NCBI GenBank assembly: GCA_963847705.1
Contig: CAWKBC010000033.1
Location: forward strand, 1-19,182
From: an uncultured Pseudomonadota bacterium
GTDB taxonomy: Bacteria; Myxococcota_A; Polyangia; Fen-1088
Length of the DNA stretch: 19,182 nt
Reading direction: 5' to 3'
Positions 1 to 8,974 of this stretch are shown piece after piece; within the stretch, counting starts at the first letter, position 1, and the number at the start of each line of letters is the position of its first letter. A model generated the notes under the pieces. That model did no database searches. It was not told where the DNA came from and worked only from the letters and a program-made list of their open reading frames with translations. The translations under genes were made by a program, and so were the position numbers.

Positions 1-1
1 T

Positions 2-703
2 GCACCGGGCGCCCGCTCGGAGATGGCCGGCAAGGACCTGAACGCCATCCTCGGCCCCTCGGGCGGCAGCACCTTCGACCTGCCGTCGGCCGGGTCAGCT
101 TTCTCGGGCTCGACGCCGGCGCCCGCGTTCAACCCGCCGGCTCCGCCGTCGTTCCCGCCCGCCGCACCGTCGTTCTCATCGCCGACCTCGCCATCGTTCC
201 CGCCGCCCCCGCCGGGAGGCTTCGCGCCCCCGCCCCTTCCGTCGTTCAGCCCGCCGCCCGCCCCGTCGTTCTCTGCGCCGTCGCTGCCGCAGCCGTTCTC
301 GGCCGCCGGCCTGGGGAGCAGCTCCCCCTCCCTCCCTCTCCCTCCTTCGATCAAGCCGGCGCCCTGGGCGCAACAGCTGCCGGCCGAGGCGATCGACGGC
401 GAAAATGCCGACGCCGACGCCGACGCCAATCGCCAGATGCCCGAGGGCGAAGCGACGCGCGTGGTCCCCTACGACCTTCAGGAAGAGGAAGACGCGCACT
501 TCCGTCACGTCTTCGACGATTTCGTCGAGACCAAGCGCTCCTGCGGCGAGCCGACCGCCGGTCTCACCCAGGCGAAGTTTCTCCAGAAGCTGCGCGACAA
601 CAAATCTGCCCTGGTCGCCAAGCACGCCTGCCGCACCGTCCGCTTCTCCGTCTACGTGAAAGACGGCAAAGCCGCCCTGCGGGCAACGCCCATTCGCGAG
701 TAA
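2..703 (+). CDS. MXAN_5187-type C-terminal domain protein (5'-partial; Pro/Ser-rich linker plus conserved C-terminal domain)
   Basis: The frame is open from the window start (first ATG at 23) to TAA at 701-703. A Pro-rich linker is followed by HFRHVFDDFVETKRSCGE...KFLQKLRDNK...CRTVRFSVYVKDGKAALRATP, which matches my recollection of the myxobacterial MXAN_5187 C-terminal domain. Confidence 0.75.
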   Translation, partial: APGARSEMAGKDLNAILGPSGGSTFDLPSAGSAFSGSTPAPAFNPPAPPSFPPAAPSFSSPTSPSFPPPPPGGFAPPPLPSFSPPPAPSFSAPSLPQPFSAAGLGSSSPSLPLPPSIKPAPWAQQLPAEAIDGENADADADANRQMPEGEATRVVPYDLQEEEDAHFRHVFDDFVETKRSCGEPTAGLTQAKFLQKLRDNKSALVAKHACRTVRFSVYVKDGKAALRATPIRE

Positions 704-713
704 CTCGCTCTCG

Positions 714-746
714 CTCCGGATCGGAGGCGGGCTTTGCCCGCCGGAG
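714..746. terminator. GC-rich hairpins between convergent genes (possible terminator or RNA-stabilising structure)
   Basis: CTCCG-GAT-CGGAG (714-726) and GGCGGGC-TTT-GCCCGCC (726-742) lie directly after the stop at 703. There is no U-tract, so this is not a classic intrinsic terminator. Confidence 0.3.
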
Positions 747-786
747 ACACCACCCGTCGAGCAGATCTGGGTGCAACACATCTGGG

Positions 787-897
787 GGTGGGCCCGCGGG
801 AGGGGTTCCCCCTCCCGCGCTCAGGTGGGCCCGCGGGAGGGGTTCCCCCTCCCGCGCTCAGGTGGGCCCGCGGGAGGGGTTCCCCCTCCCGCGCTCA
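787..897. repeat. Three perfect tandem copies of a 37-bp palindromic (REP-like) unit
   Basis: GGTGGGCCCGCGGGAGGGGTTCCCCCTCCCGCGCTCA at 787-823, 824-860 and 861-897, with no spacers. Each copy has the inner inverted repeat CGCGGGAGGGG-TTC-CCCCTCCCGCG. Confidence 0.97.
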
Positions 898-3480
898 CTG
901 CAGAAGGAGCTTGTCGGGGCTGGTCTCTTGGCCAGCCGCCGGGGCCTGCTGGGTCGGCGCGGTGCCGTCGAGGAAGACCTCGTCGAGCGTGCCTGACTCC
1001 TGGCCCGGCGCCGCCAGGAGGCCGGTCGTCTTGTCGATGCGCTGAACCACCACCCCGGGCGGCTGCACGAAGTCCTTGGTCGGCTTGCCGGCGGTCGCCT
1101 TCACCATGAAGTCGGCCCAGATCGGCGCCGCGGTCTTGCCGCCCGCCTCACCGCGCCCGAGCTTCTTCATGTCGTCGAAGCCGACCCACACGGCGGCCAG
1201 CAGATCGGGCGTGAAGCCGACGAACCAGGCGTCGCGCTGGCCGTTCGAGGTGCCGGTCTTGCCGGCCACCGGGCGGTGCAGCTTGCCGGCGACCGCCGCG
1301 CGCGCCGTCCCCTCGTCGATCACGCTGCGCATGAGCGACACCATCACGTAGGCGACCTCCGGCGGCAGCCCCGGCACCAGCTGCGGCGGGGCGATCTTCT
1401 GATCGCCGACCGCGCTCACCAGGGAGGTCTTGTCGACCTTGGCCGCCTGCCCGCCGTCGGCGAAGGTGGCGTAGACGTTGGCCAGCTCCAGCGGCGTCAC
1501 CGTCAGCGAACCGAGGGCCAGCGACAGCCCGATGTCGGGCGCGATCGTCGAGGTGATCCCGACCCGCGTGGCGACCGCGCGCGCCTGGTCGAGCCCGACG
1601 TCCGACAGCACCTTGATGGCGACGGTGTTGATTGATTCGGCCAGCGCGGTGCGGACCCGAACGGGCCCGCGAAACTCTTCCTTCTCGTAGTTTTGAGGCT
1701 TCCAGAGCTGGTAGACCTCGGGCGCGTCGTCGAGGATCGTGGCGGGGGTGATCTTGCGCGCCTCCACCGCCGCCGCGTAGATGATCGGCTTGAAGGCCGA
1801 GCCCGGCTGCCGCATGGCCCGCACGCTGCGGTCGTAGCCGCCCGGGTGAAAGTCGTAGCCGCCGACCAGCGCCAGGATCTCGTGCGTGGCGGGGTCCATC
1901 ACCACCATCGCCGCCTGCGGCCCCAGCTCCAGCGCCAGAGGGAACGGGTGCCCCTCGGTGTGCGGGCGATCGGAGGCGAGCCGCACGCGCACCAGGTCGC
2001 CCGGCTTGAACCGCTCACCGATCGACTTGGTCCCCTTGCCGTAGCGGGGCTCGTAGGCGAAATCGACCACGCCTTCCTTGACGCCGACCTTCGCCGCCTC
2101 GAGCGCCTCGTCCGAGAGGCCCTTTCGAACGGGGCCGCGCGGCGACGGGGCGGTGGTCGGCGCCGCCGGCTTGTCGGATTTGCCGCGCTGGCTGACGGCC
2201 GCGCGCGCTTCGTTCCCCTTCTCGCGCACGCCGACGTCGACGTAGAGGTGGCCGAGCTTCACGTTGCCCGCCTCGGGCTCGGCGCGGGTCACGATCCCCT
2301 CGACGATCTCGACGTCGTTGAGGCCGGTCGCGTGCGCCTTCACCAGCTCGACGCGCTTCTTGTCGAGCGCCGGCCCGGTCAGGTGCCCCGACGGCCCGCG
2401 AAAGCCCTGGCGCGCGTCGAGATCCTCGAGCCCCCGCTCGAGCGAGGCGCGCGCCAGCTCCTGGAGATGCCCGTCCAGCGTCGTGCTGACGGTGATGCCG
2501 CTCTCGACGGCCGCCTGCTCGCCCATCCGCGCCGCCAACACGCCCCCGACCACGTCGACCGCCTCCGCGGCGATCCCGCGCGCGGCCGCCGGCTCGCGGG
2601 CCAGGCGGATCGGCTCGGCCGCCACCCGATCGGCCGTTGCCTGCTCGATGTAGCCGTGGGCCGCCATCTGTCCGAGCACGTAGCGCTGTCGCGTCTTCGC
2701 CGCGTCCGGGTGCTTGCGCGGCGAGAGGCGCTCCGGGCTCTGGGGCAGCCCGGCCAGCAGCGCCGCCTCGGCCAGGTTGATGTCGCGCACCGACTTGCCG
2801 AAGAAGTAGCGCGCCGCTTCTTCACACCCGTAGCGGCCGTGGCCGTAATAGATCTGATTGAGGTAGAGCGCGAGCACCTCTTCCTTCGACAGCTTCTCCG
2901 ACAGCTGCCGCGCCAGGATGATCTCCTGCACCTTGCGGCGCATCGTACGCTCCGGCGAGAGGACCAGGTTCTTCACCACCTGCTGCGTGATCGACGAGCC
3001 CCCTTGCGCCCGCCGGCCGCGCAGCACGTCCTCGAGAAAAGCGCGCACCATCCCCCGGTAGTTGAGCCCGCCGTGCTGGAAGTAGTCGGCGTCCTCGGCC
3101 GCGACGACCGCGTTGACGAGCAGCTTGGGGATCGCGTCGTAGGGGACCACCGTCCGCTTCTCGCTCCCCAGCTCGCCGATCGGCGCGCCGTTGCGATCGA
3201 GGATGCGCGTCAGCTGCTTCGGGCGATAGCTGTCGAGCCGCGACAGGTTGGGGAGCTTGGGATCGCTGCCGTAGTAGCTGAAGAGGCCGACCACCCCGGC
3301 GATCGCGGCGAAGAGCCCCAGCGCGGCGATGGCGGCGCCGATGCGCAGCACGCGCTTCCAGAGCGGGCTGTCGCCGCGCGACCCGCCGCGGCCAAGGGGG
3401 CGCGCCCGCGGCTTCGGCGTCGCGCGCCGGCCCGTGGGGCGGCGCGGATCGCGATCGTCGAGCGAGGGGCCGGCGGCCAT
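895..3480 (-). CDS. mrcA: Class A penicillin-binding protein (PBP1A family transglycosylase/transpeptidase)
   Basis: N-terminal TM helix; GT51 motifs AAEDADY, GGSSITQQ, RKVQE, YLNQIYYG; transpeptidase motifs SAFK (SxxK), SIN (SxN) and KTG. I place the start at ATG 3480 (MAAGPSLDD) because the ORF-track extension to 3708 overlaps the TrmH gene. Confidence 0.93.
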   Translation of the reverse strand: MAAGPSLDDRDPRRPTGRRATPKPRARPLGRGGSRGDSPLWKRVLRIGAAIAALGLFAAIAGVVGLFSYYGSDPKLPNLSRLDSYRPKQLTRILDRNGAPIGELGSEKRTVVPYDAIPKLLVNAVVAAEDADYFQHGGLNYRGMVRAFLEDVLRGRRAQGGSSITQQVVKNLVLSPERTMRRKVQEIILARQLSEKLSKEEVLALYLNQIYYGHGRYGCEEAARYFFGKSVRDINLAEAALLAGLPQSPERLSPRKHPDAAKTRQRYVLGQMAAHGYIEQATADRVAAEPIRLAREPAAARGIAAEAVDVVGGVLAARMGEQAAVESGITVSTTLDGHLQELARASLERGLEDLDARQGFRGPSGHLTGPALDKKRVELVKAHATGLNDVEIVEGIVTRAEPEAGNVKLGHLYVDVGVREKGNEARAAVSQRGKSDKPAAPTTAPSPRGPVRKGLSDEALEAAKVGVKEGVVDFAYEPRYGKGTKSIGERFKPGDLVRVRLASDRPHTEGHPFPLALELGPQAAMVVMDPATHEILALVGGYDFHPGGYDRSVRAMRQPGSAFKPIIYAAAVEARKITPATILDDAPEVYQLWKPQNYEKEEFRGPVRVRTALAESINTVAIKVLSDVGLDQARAVATRVGITSTIAPDIGLSLALGSLTVTPLELANVYATFADGGQAAKVDKTSLVSAVGDQKIAPPQLVPGLPPEVAYVMVSLMRSVIDEGTARAAVAGKLHRPVAGKTGTSNGQRDAWFVGFTPDLLAAVWVGFDDMKKLGRGEAGGKTAAPIWADFMVKATAGKPTKDFVQPPGVVVQRIDKTTGLLAAPGQESGTLDEVFLDGTAPTQQAPAAGQETSPDKLLLQ

Positions 3481-3511
3481 TCGGATCAGTCTATCCCCCG
3501 GCGGGGGCGGT

Positions 3512-4192
3512 TCAAGAAACCGCTGCCGCGCGCGCCAAAATGACCTCCGCGCCACGGACCGACGCGGCGTAGAACCGGGCCCGCAGCGCCAGGATGGCGT
3601 CGTCGGTGAGATCGGTGGGGGCGCCGAGCGCGGCGCGGCGAAGCGTCGACGCGCGCGCGGCGATGAGCGCCGTCGCGACGGAGAGGTTGAGGCTCTGGGT
3701 GAGCCCATGCATGGGGATCCCGAACCGGACGTCGGCGGCGGCGATCGCTTCGGCGGTGAGCCCGTCGTGCTCGTTGCCGACCATCACCGCGGCCGGGCGC
3801 GAGAAGTCGAGCTCGTCGAGCGCGACCGGTGCGCCCGGGACGGCGGCGTAGAGGACGAACCCATCCGCGCGCAGACCGGCGACGGCCGCCGCCAGCGTCT
3901 TGTGCCGGACGACGTCGAGCCACTTCTCGCACCCCTGCGTCACCGTGCTCGAGTAGCGAAAGGGCTCGACCTTCTCGATCACCTCGACGCGCTGGATGCC
4001 GAACGCCTCGGCGCTGCGCAGCACCGCGGCGCCGTTGTGGGGATCGTGCAGGTTCTCGATCACCACCCGCAGGCCGCCCAGCCGGCTCCCGGCCGCCTCG
4101 TCGATCCGCTGCCGTCGCTCGTCGAAGAGCAGCGGTCCGAGCTCGGCGCAGACGCGGGCTGGGGACATCGCGCCCGCGCCGTCGATCGGCAT
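3512..4192 (-). CDS. TrmH/SpoU-family (SPOUT) RNA 2'-O-methyltransferase
   Basis: Motifs VIENLHDPHNGAAVLRSAEAFG, VMVGNEHDGL and IPMHGLTQSLNLSVA. Confidence 0.92.
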   Translation of the reverse strand: MPIDGAGAMSPARVCAELGPLLFDERRQRIDEAAGSRLGGLRVVIENLHDPHNGAAVLRSAEAFGIQRVEVIEKVEPFRYSSTVTQGCEKWLDVVRHKTLAAAVAGLRADGFVLYAAVPGAPVALDELDFSRPAAVMVGNEHDGLTAEAIAAADVRFGIPMHGLTQSLNLSVATALIAARASTLRRAALGAPTDLTDDAILALRARFYAASVRGAEVILARAAAVS

Positions 4193-4198
4193 GGGTGG

Positions 4199-4207
4199 AC
4201 CTTAGCA
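4199..4207 (-). promoter_or_regulatory. Extended -10 box for a probably leaderless TrmH-family gene
   Basis: The minus strand reads TGc-TAAGGT, then 6 nt, then ATG; no Shine-Dalgarno sequence. Confidence 0.5.
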
Positions 4208-4217
4208 CGGCTGGGGT

Positions 4218-4263
4218 GTGCGTTTCGCGACGGCGCTCCAGCCAGCGAGCGTGCGAGTTGCAA
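4218..4263. promoter_or_regulatory. Candidate upstream activator sites for a sigma-54 enhancer-binding protein
   Basis: Two related imperfect palindromes, GTGCGTTTCGCGA (4218-4230) and GTGCGAGTTGCAA (4251-4263), 33 bp apart and centred about 108 and 75 bp upstream of the predicted start site. Confidence 0.45.
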
Positions 4264-4305
4264 TCCTCAGCTCGACCGGAGGGCCGATTGGCGCCCCGAT
4301 CGGGC

Positions 4306-4321
4306 AGGCACGAATCATGCG
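4306..4321 (+). promoter_or_regulatory. Sigma-54 (-24/-12) promoter of the kdp operon
   Basis: AGGCACGAATCATGCG: GG(4307-4308)-N10-GC(4319-4320) with the GGCACG core of the TGGCACG-N4-TTGC consensus. A GAFTGA-containing activator is encoded in the same cluster. Confidence 0.75.
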
Positions 4322-4334
4322 TTAGCTCCCGGCC

Positions 4335-4418
4335 ATGAAGGACTTGCTCTACCTCGCGATCACCGTCGGGTTCTTCGCGATCGCATGGTTCTACGTCAGG
4401 GCCGCTGAGCGGCTCTAA
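4335..4418 (+). CDS. 27-aa single-TM peptide upstream of kdpF ([27 protein letters not shown])
   Basis: Translated by hand (ATG 4335, TAA 4416-4418); hydrophobic core, GC-rich third positions and a KdpF-like ERL tail. Too short for the ORF track. Confidence 0.75.
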   Translation: MKDLLYLAITVGFFAIAWFYVRAAERL

Positions 4419-4430
4419 GGGAGGCTCACG

Positions 4431-4520
4431 ATGTCGCTCGACTACGGACTGGGCGCGATTTTGGCGCTCCTATTGACCGGCTATCTGTTCTACGCGCTCG
4501 TGCGCCCCGAACGGTTCTGA
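4431..4520 (+). CDS. kdpF: K+-transporting ATPase subunit F ([29 protein letters not shown])
   Basis: 29 aa with the signature YLxYALxRPERF; strong SD AGGGAGG at 4418-4424; immediately upstream of kdpA. Not in the ORF track. Confidence 0.93.
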   Translation: MSLDYGLGAILALLLTGYLFYALVRPERF

Positions 4521-4541
4521 CGGCGCGAAAGGGATCGAAAC

Positions 4542-6263
4542 ATGACGTTCGTTGGGTGGATTCAGGTACTCGTCTTCTTCGCGCTGATCCTGGCGGTCAC
4601 CAAGCCGATCGGGGCTTACATGTTTCGGGTGTTCGAGGGCGGCGACGCGCCGCTCGGCCGCGGGCTGGGCCGGATCGAGAACGCCCTCTATCGCCTTTTT
4701 GGCGTCGATCCGCGGCAGGAGCAGGACTGGAAGCAGTACGCCTTCGCGCTGCTGGCGTTCAGCGCCTTCGGCGTGATCGTGACCTACGCGATCCAGCGGT
4801 TGCAGGGGCACTTGCCCTTCAACCCACAGCACTTTGCCGGTGTCCCGCACGAGCTCGCTTTCAACACGGCCGCCAGCTTCAGCACCAACACCAACTGGCA
4901 GGCCTACAGCGGCGAGTCGACGATGAGCTACCTGACCCAGATGGCCGGTCTGGCCTGGCACAACTTCACCTCGGCGGCGGCGGGGATCTGTGTGGCCCTG
5001 GCGGTCGCACGCGGCTTCACCCGGCGCGGCGGCCCCGGCGGCGGCAAGCACCTGGGGAACTTCTGGGTCGATCTCAACCGGGGGATCCTGTACGTGCTGC
5101 TGCCGCTCAGCTTCATCTTCGCGCTGGTGCTGGTCTCCCAGGGGGTGATTCAGAACCTCAAGCCGTACCTCGACGTCACCACTCTGGAAGGCGGCAAGCA
5201 GACGCTGGCGCTCGGGCCGGTCGCCTCGCAGGAGGCGATCAAGCAGCTCGGCACCAACGGGGGCGGCTTCTTCAACGCCAACGCGGCCCATCCGTTCGAG
5301 AACCCGACGCCGTTCACCAACCTCATCTCGCTGTTTCTCATCTTCATGATCCCGGCGGGGCTGACCTACACCTACGGCCGGATGGCCAGGGATGCCAAGC
5401 AGGGGTGGGCGCTGCTGGCCGCGATGAGCGTGCTCTTCTTCGCCGGTGTCGCCGTCTGCTATCACGCCGAAACTGCCGGCAACAGCGCGTTCGCCGGCCT
5501 GCCCATTCACCAGGCGCTCGGCAACATGGAGGGGAAGGAGGCGCGCTTCGGCGTCGCCGCCTCCACCCTCTACGCCACGGTCACCACCGACGCCTCCTGC
5601 GGCGCGGTGAACGCCATGCACGACAGCTTCACGCCGCTGGGCGGCCTCGTCCCGCTGGTGAACATCCAGCTGGGCGAGGTGATCTTCGGCGGCGTCGGCG
5701 CGGGCCTCTACGGAATTCTGGTCTTCGTCGTCCTGGCCGTCTTCATCGCCGGCCTGATGGTCGGCCGCACGCCCGAGTACCTCGGCAAGAAGATCGAGGC
5801 GCGCGAGATCCAGCTGGGGATGTTCTACGTGCTGGTCTTCCCGATCATCATCCTCGGCTTCTCGGCCTGGGCGGCGGTCTCGCCGCTCGGAACCTCCTCC
5901 TTGAACAACAACGGCGCGCACGGCCTCTCCGAGCTCCTCTACGCCTACTCGAGCGGCGCCGGGAACAACGGCTCCGCGTTCGCCGGCCTCAACGCCAACA
6001 CGCCCTTCTGGAACGTCACGCTGGCCTTCACCATGCTGGCCGGGCGCTTCCTGATGATCATCCCGGCGCTCGGCATCGCCGGCTTGATGGTGGACAAGAA
6101 GGTGGTTCCGCCCTCTTTGGGAACGTTCCCCACCAACGGCCCTCTCTTCACCACGCTGCTGGTGATGGTGGTGGTGATCGTCGGGGCGCTCACCTTCTTC
6201 CCGGCGCTCTCCCTCGGCCCGATCGTCGAGCATTTCCAGGCCCTGCACGGAAAGGTCTTCTAG
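4542..6263 (+). CDS. kdpA: K+-transporting ATPase subunit A
   Basis: 573 aa; selectivity-filter motifs [20 protein letters not shown] and GNNGSA; also [11 protein letters not shown] and LGPIVEH. Confidence 0.98.
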   Translation: MTFVGWIQVLVFFALILAVTKPIGAYMFRVFEGGDAPLGRGLGRIENALYRLFGVDPRQEQDWKQYAFALLAFSAFGVIVTYAIQRLQGHLPFNPQHFAGVPHELAFNTAASFSTNTNWQAYSGESTMSYLTQMAGLAWHNFTSAAAGICVALAVARGFTRRGGPGGGKHLGNFWVDLNRGILYVLLPLSFIFALVLVSQGVIQNLKPYLDVTTLEGGKQTLALGPVASQEAIKQLGTNGGGFFNANAAHPFENPTPFTNLISLFLIFMIPAGLTYTYGRMARDAKQGWALLAAMSVLFFAGVAVCYHAETAGNSAFAGLPIHQALGNMEGKEARFGVAASTLYATVTTDASCGAVNAMHDSFTPLGGLVPLVNIQLGEVIFGGVGAGLYGILVFVVLAVFIAGLMVGRTPEYLGKKIEAREIQLGMFYVLVFPIIILGFSAWAAVSPLGTSSLNNNGAHGLSELLYAYSSGAGNNGSAFAGLNANTPFWNVTLAFTMLAGRFLMIIPALGIAGLMVDKKVVPPSLGTFPTNGPLFTTLLVMVVVIVGALTFFPALSLGPIVEHFQALHGKVF

Positions 6264-6265
6264 CC

Positions 6266-8332
6266 ATGTCCTCCAAAGCACAATCTGTTGGGCTGTTCGA
6301 TCGCACGATCCTGCGCCAGGCCGTGGGCGAGAGCCTCCGCAAGCTCTCGCCGCGAATGGTGGCCAAGAACCCGGTCATGTTCGTGGTCGAGGTCGGCAGC
6401 GCGCTGACCACCTTGTTGGTCGTCCGCGACCTCGTCGTTCACGCGGCCGACCATCCGCCGCTCTGGTTCACCGGCGCGGTCTCGATCTGGCTCTGGTTCA
6501 CCGTGCTCTTCGCCAACTTCGCCGAGGCGATCGCCGAGGGGCGCGGCCGCGCCCAGGCCGACACGCTCCGCAAGATGCGCAAGGAGACGATGGCGAGGCG
6601 GCTGGTCGACGACGGCAAGCACGACGGCCGCGAAGAGGCCGTGCCGTCCTCGCTGCTGCGCAAGGGCGATCTGGTGGTCGTGGAGGCCAACCAGCTGGTC
6701 CCCGGCGACGGCGAGATCGTCGAAGGGATCGCCTCCGTCGACGAGTCGGCCATCACCGGCGAGTCGGCCCCGGTCATCCGCGAAAGCGGCGGCGATCGCT
6801 CGGCCGTCACCGGGGGCACCAAGGTGCTCTCCGACCGGATCGTGGTGCGGATCGTCAGCGATCCCGGGGAGTCGTTCCTCGATCGCATGATCTCGCTGGT
6901 CGAGGGGGCCGCCCGCCAGAAGACGCCCAACGAGATCGCGCTGCACATCCTGCTGGTCGGTCTCACCATCGTCTTCCTGCTCGCCTGCGTGACGCTGGTG
7001 CCGCTGGCCAAGTACTCCAGCCTGGCGCTCTCGGCCACGGCGATCGTGGCGCTCCTGGTCTGCCTGATTCCCACCACCATCGGCGGCCTGCTGTCGGCGA
7101 TCGGGATCGCCGGGATGGATCGCTTGCTCAAGAAGAACGTCATCGCCACCAGCGGTCGCGCCGTCGAAGCGGCCGGCGACGTCGACACGCTGCTGCTCGA
7201 CAAGACCGGCACCATCACCCATGGCAACCGGATGGCCACCGAGTTCCTGCCGATGCCGGGCGTGCGCCTCGAGGCCCTCGCCGAGGCGGCGCTCCTGGCC
7301 AGCCTGGCCGACGAGACGCCCGAGGGGCGCTCGATCGTGACGCTGGCGCACGAGAAGTATGCCTCCGCGGCGGTGGCGTCCGCCGTCGCGCAGCAGGGGA
7401 CCTTCGTCCCCTTCACGGCCCAGACGCGCATGAGCGGCCTCGATCTGGCGGGGCGGCAGATTCGCAAGGGGGCCGTCGATTCGATCGGCAAGTACGTGGT
7501 GGCGGCAGGCGGCAAGGCGCCGGCCGAGATGGCCGAGATCGCCGCCCGCATCGGCGACGGGGGCGGCACGCCGCTGGCCGTCGCCGACGGCGACGTGATC
7601 GTGGGCATCATTCACCTCAAGGACGTGGTGAAGGCCGGCATCCGCGAGCGGTTCCAGCGCTTCCGGGCGATGGGGATCCGCACCGTCATGATCACCGGTG
7701 ACAACCCGCGCACCGCGGCCGCCATCGCCCGCGAGGCCGGCGTCGACGACTTCCTGGCCGAGGCGACGCCCGAGGCGAAGATGCGCCTCATCAAGGACGA
7801 GCAGGCCAAGGGGAAGCTGGTGGCGATGACTGGCGACGGCACCAACGACGCGCCGGCCCTGGCGCAGGCCGACGTCGGCGTGGCCATGAACAGCGGCACG
7901 CAGGCGGCGAAGGAGGCCGGCAACATGGTCGACCTCGACTCGAACCCCACCAAGCTGCTGGAGATCGTGGAGGTCGGCAAGCAGCTGCTCATGACGCGCG
8001 GAACACTGACCACGTTCTCGATCGCCAACGACGTGGCCAAGTACTTCGCCATCCTGCCGGCGCTGTTCATGGTGGTGTTCCCGGAGATCGCGCCGCTCAA
8101 CGTGATGCACCTGGCGTCGCCCTACTCGGCCATCCTGTCGGCGGTCATCTTCAACGCCCTCATCATCGTCCTGCTCATCCCGCTGGCGCTGCGCGGGGTG
8201 CGTTACCGGCCGCTCGGCGCGGCCACCATCCTGCGCCGCTCGCTGCTCATCTACGGCGTCGGCGGCGTCATCGCGCCGTTCGTCGGCATCAAGCTCATCG
8301 ATCTCGCCCTCGAAGCGCTCCACCTGGTCTGA
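6266..8332 (+). CDS. kdpB: K+-transporting P-type ATPase subunit B
   Basis: True start at ATG 6266 (MSSKAQ), 2 nt after the kdpA stop. Motifs [39 protein letters not shown] and [10 protein letters not shown]. Confidence 0.98.
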   Translation: MSSKAQSVGLFDRTILRQAVGESLRKLSPRMVAKNPVMFVVEVGSALTTLLVVRDLVVHAADHPPLWFTGAVSIWLWFTVLFANFAEAIAEGRGRAQADTLRKMRKETMARRLVDDGKHDGREEAVPSSLLRKGDLVVVEANQLVPGDGEIVEGIASVDESAITGESAPVIRESGGDRSAVTGGTKVLSDRIVVRIVSDPGESFLDRMISLVEGAARQKTPNEIALHILLVGLTIVFLLACVTLVPLAKYSSLALSATAIVALLVCLIPTTIGGLLSAIGIAGMDRLLKKNVIATSGRAVEAAGDVDTLLLDKTGTITHGNRMATEFLPMPGVRLEALAEAALLASLADETPEGRSIVTLAHEKYASAAVASAVAQQGTFVPFTAQTRMSGLDLAGRQIRKGAVDSIGKYVVAAGGKAPAEMAEIAARIGDGGGTPLAVADGDVIVGIIHLKDVVKAGIRERFQRFRAMGIRTVMITGDNPRTAAAIAREAGVDDFLAEATPEAKMRLIKDEQAKGKLVAMTGDGTNDAPALAQADVGVAMNSGTQAAKEAGNMVDLDSNPTKLLEIVEVGKQLLMTRGTLTTFSIANDVAKYFAILPALFMVVFPEIAPLNVMHLASPYSAILSAVIFNALIIVLLIPLALRGVRYRPLGAATILRRSLLIYGVGGVIAPFVGIKLIDLALEALHLV

Positions 8333-8340
8333 GGCTCACC

Positions 8341-8961
8341 ATGCGAAAAGAAATCCTGATCGCTCTCCGCGCCACCCTCGTCACCCTCATCCTGACGGGC
8401 ATCCTCTACCCGCTGGCCACCACCGGCGCCGCCGAGGCCCTGTTCGGCGAACGCGCCAACGGCAGCTTGGCCCGCAACGAATCGGGCCAGGTGGTCGGCT
8501 CGGAGTTGATCGGCCAGGCCTTCGCCTCGCCGGCCTACCTCCAGGGGCGCCCCTCGGCGGCCGGCAACAACGGCTACGACGCGACCTCCTCCTCGGGCTC
8601 GAACTTCGGGACCACCTCGAAGAAGCTGCGTGACCGGGCCGCCGCCGACGTGGCCCGCCTGCAGAAGGAGAACCCCGCCGCGCCGCTGCCGATCCCGGAC
8701 GCGCTGGTCACCGCCTCGGCCAGCGGGCTCGACCCCGATCTGTCGCCCGAGGCCGCGCTCTGGCAGGCCCCGCGCATCGCCCGCGCGCGCAACGTGGCCG
8801 AGGACCGCATCCGCGCGGTCATCGAGAACCGCGCCCAGGGGCGCGATCTCGGCTTCCTGGGCGAGCCGCGGATCAACGTCCTCGAGCTGAATCTGGCCCT
8901 GGATCAGCAATTCGGCCGCCCCTTGCCCCAGCCCGCCACCGCCGCCGTCGGAACGAGGTAG
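8341..8961 (+). CDS. kdpC: K+-transporting ATPase subunit C
   Basis: Motifs ANGSL, GSELIGQ, GRPSA, SGSN, VTASASGLDP and GEPRINVLELNLALD. Confidence 0.97.
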   Translation: MRKEILIALRATLVTLILTGILYPLATTGAAEALFGERANGSLARNESGQVVGSELIGQAFASPAYLQGRPSAAGNNGYDATSSSGSNFGTTSKKLRDRAAADVARLQKENPAAPLPIPDALVTASASGLDPDLSPEAALWQAPRIARARNVAEDRIRAVIENRAQGRDLGFLGEPRINVLELNLALDQQFGRPLPQPATAAVGTR

Positions 8962-8974
8962 GATTCCCACGTCC

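Noticed and set aside
787-897. CRISPR array (37-bp palindromic repeats)
   Set aside because: The units are directly adjacent with no spacers, and there are no cas genes in the window.
734-1109. ORFs translating through the 37-bp repeat
   Set aside because: They are artefacts of the GC-rich repeat and antisense to the PBP1A 3' end.
3481-3708. N-terminal extension of PBP1A to 3708 (likewise of the kinase to 11434 and RdgB to 18833)
   Set aside because: Each overlaps an adjacent real gene and is low-complexity; better starts exist at 3480, 11620 and 18296.
4193-4334. c-di-AMP (ydaO) or other riboswitch ahead of the kdp operon
   Set aside because: No recognisable riboswitch consensus, and the predicted transcript leaves almost no 5' leader.
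4556-6265. 570-codon N-terminal extension of KdpB (1258-aa ORF) overlapping kdpA in another frame
   Set aside because: The extension is Arg/Pro/Gly-rich off-frame sequence typical of high-GC DNA. KdpB homology begins at ATG 6266, and I saw no frameshift signal.
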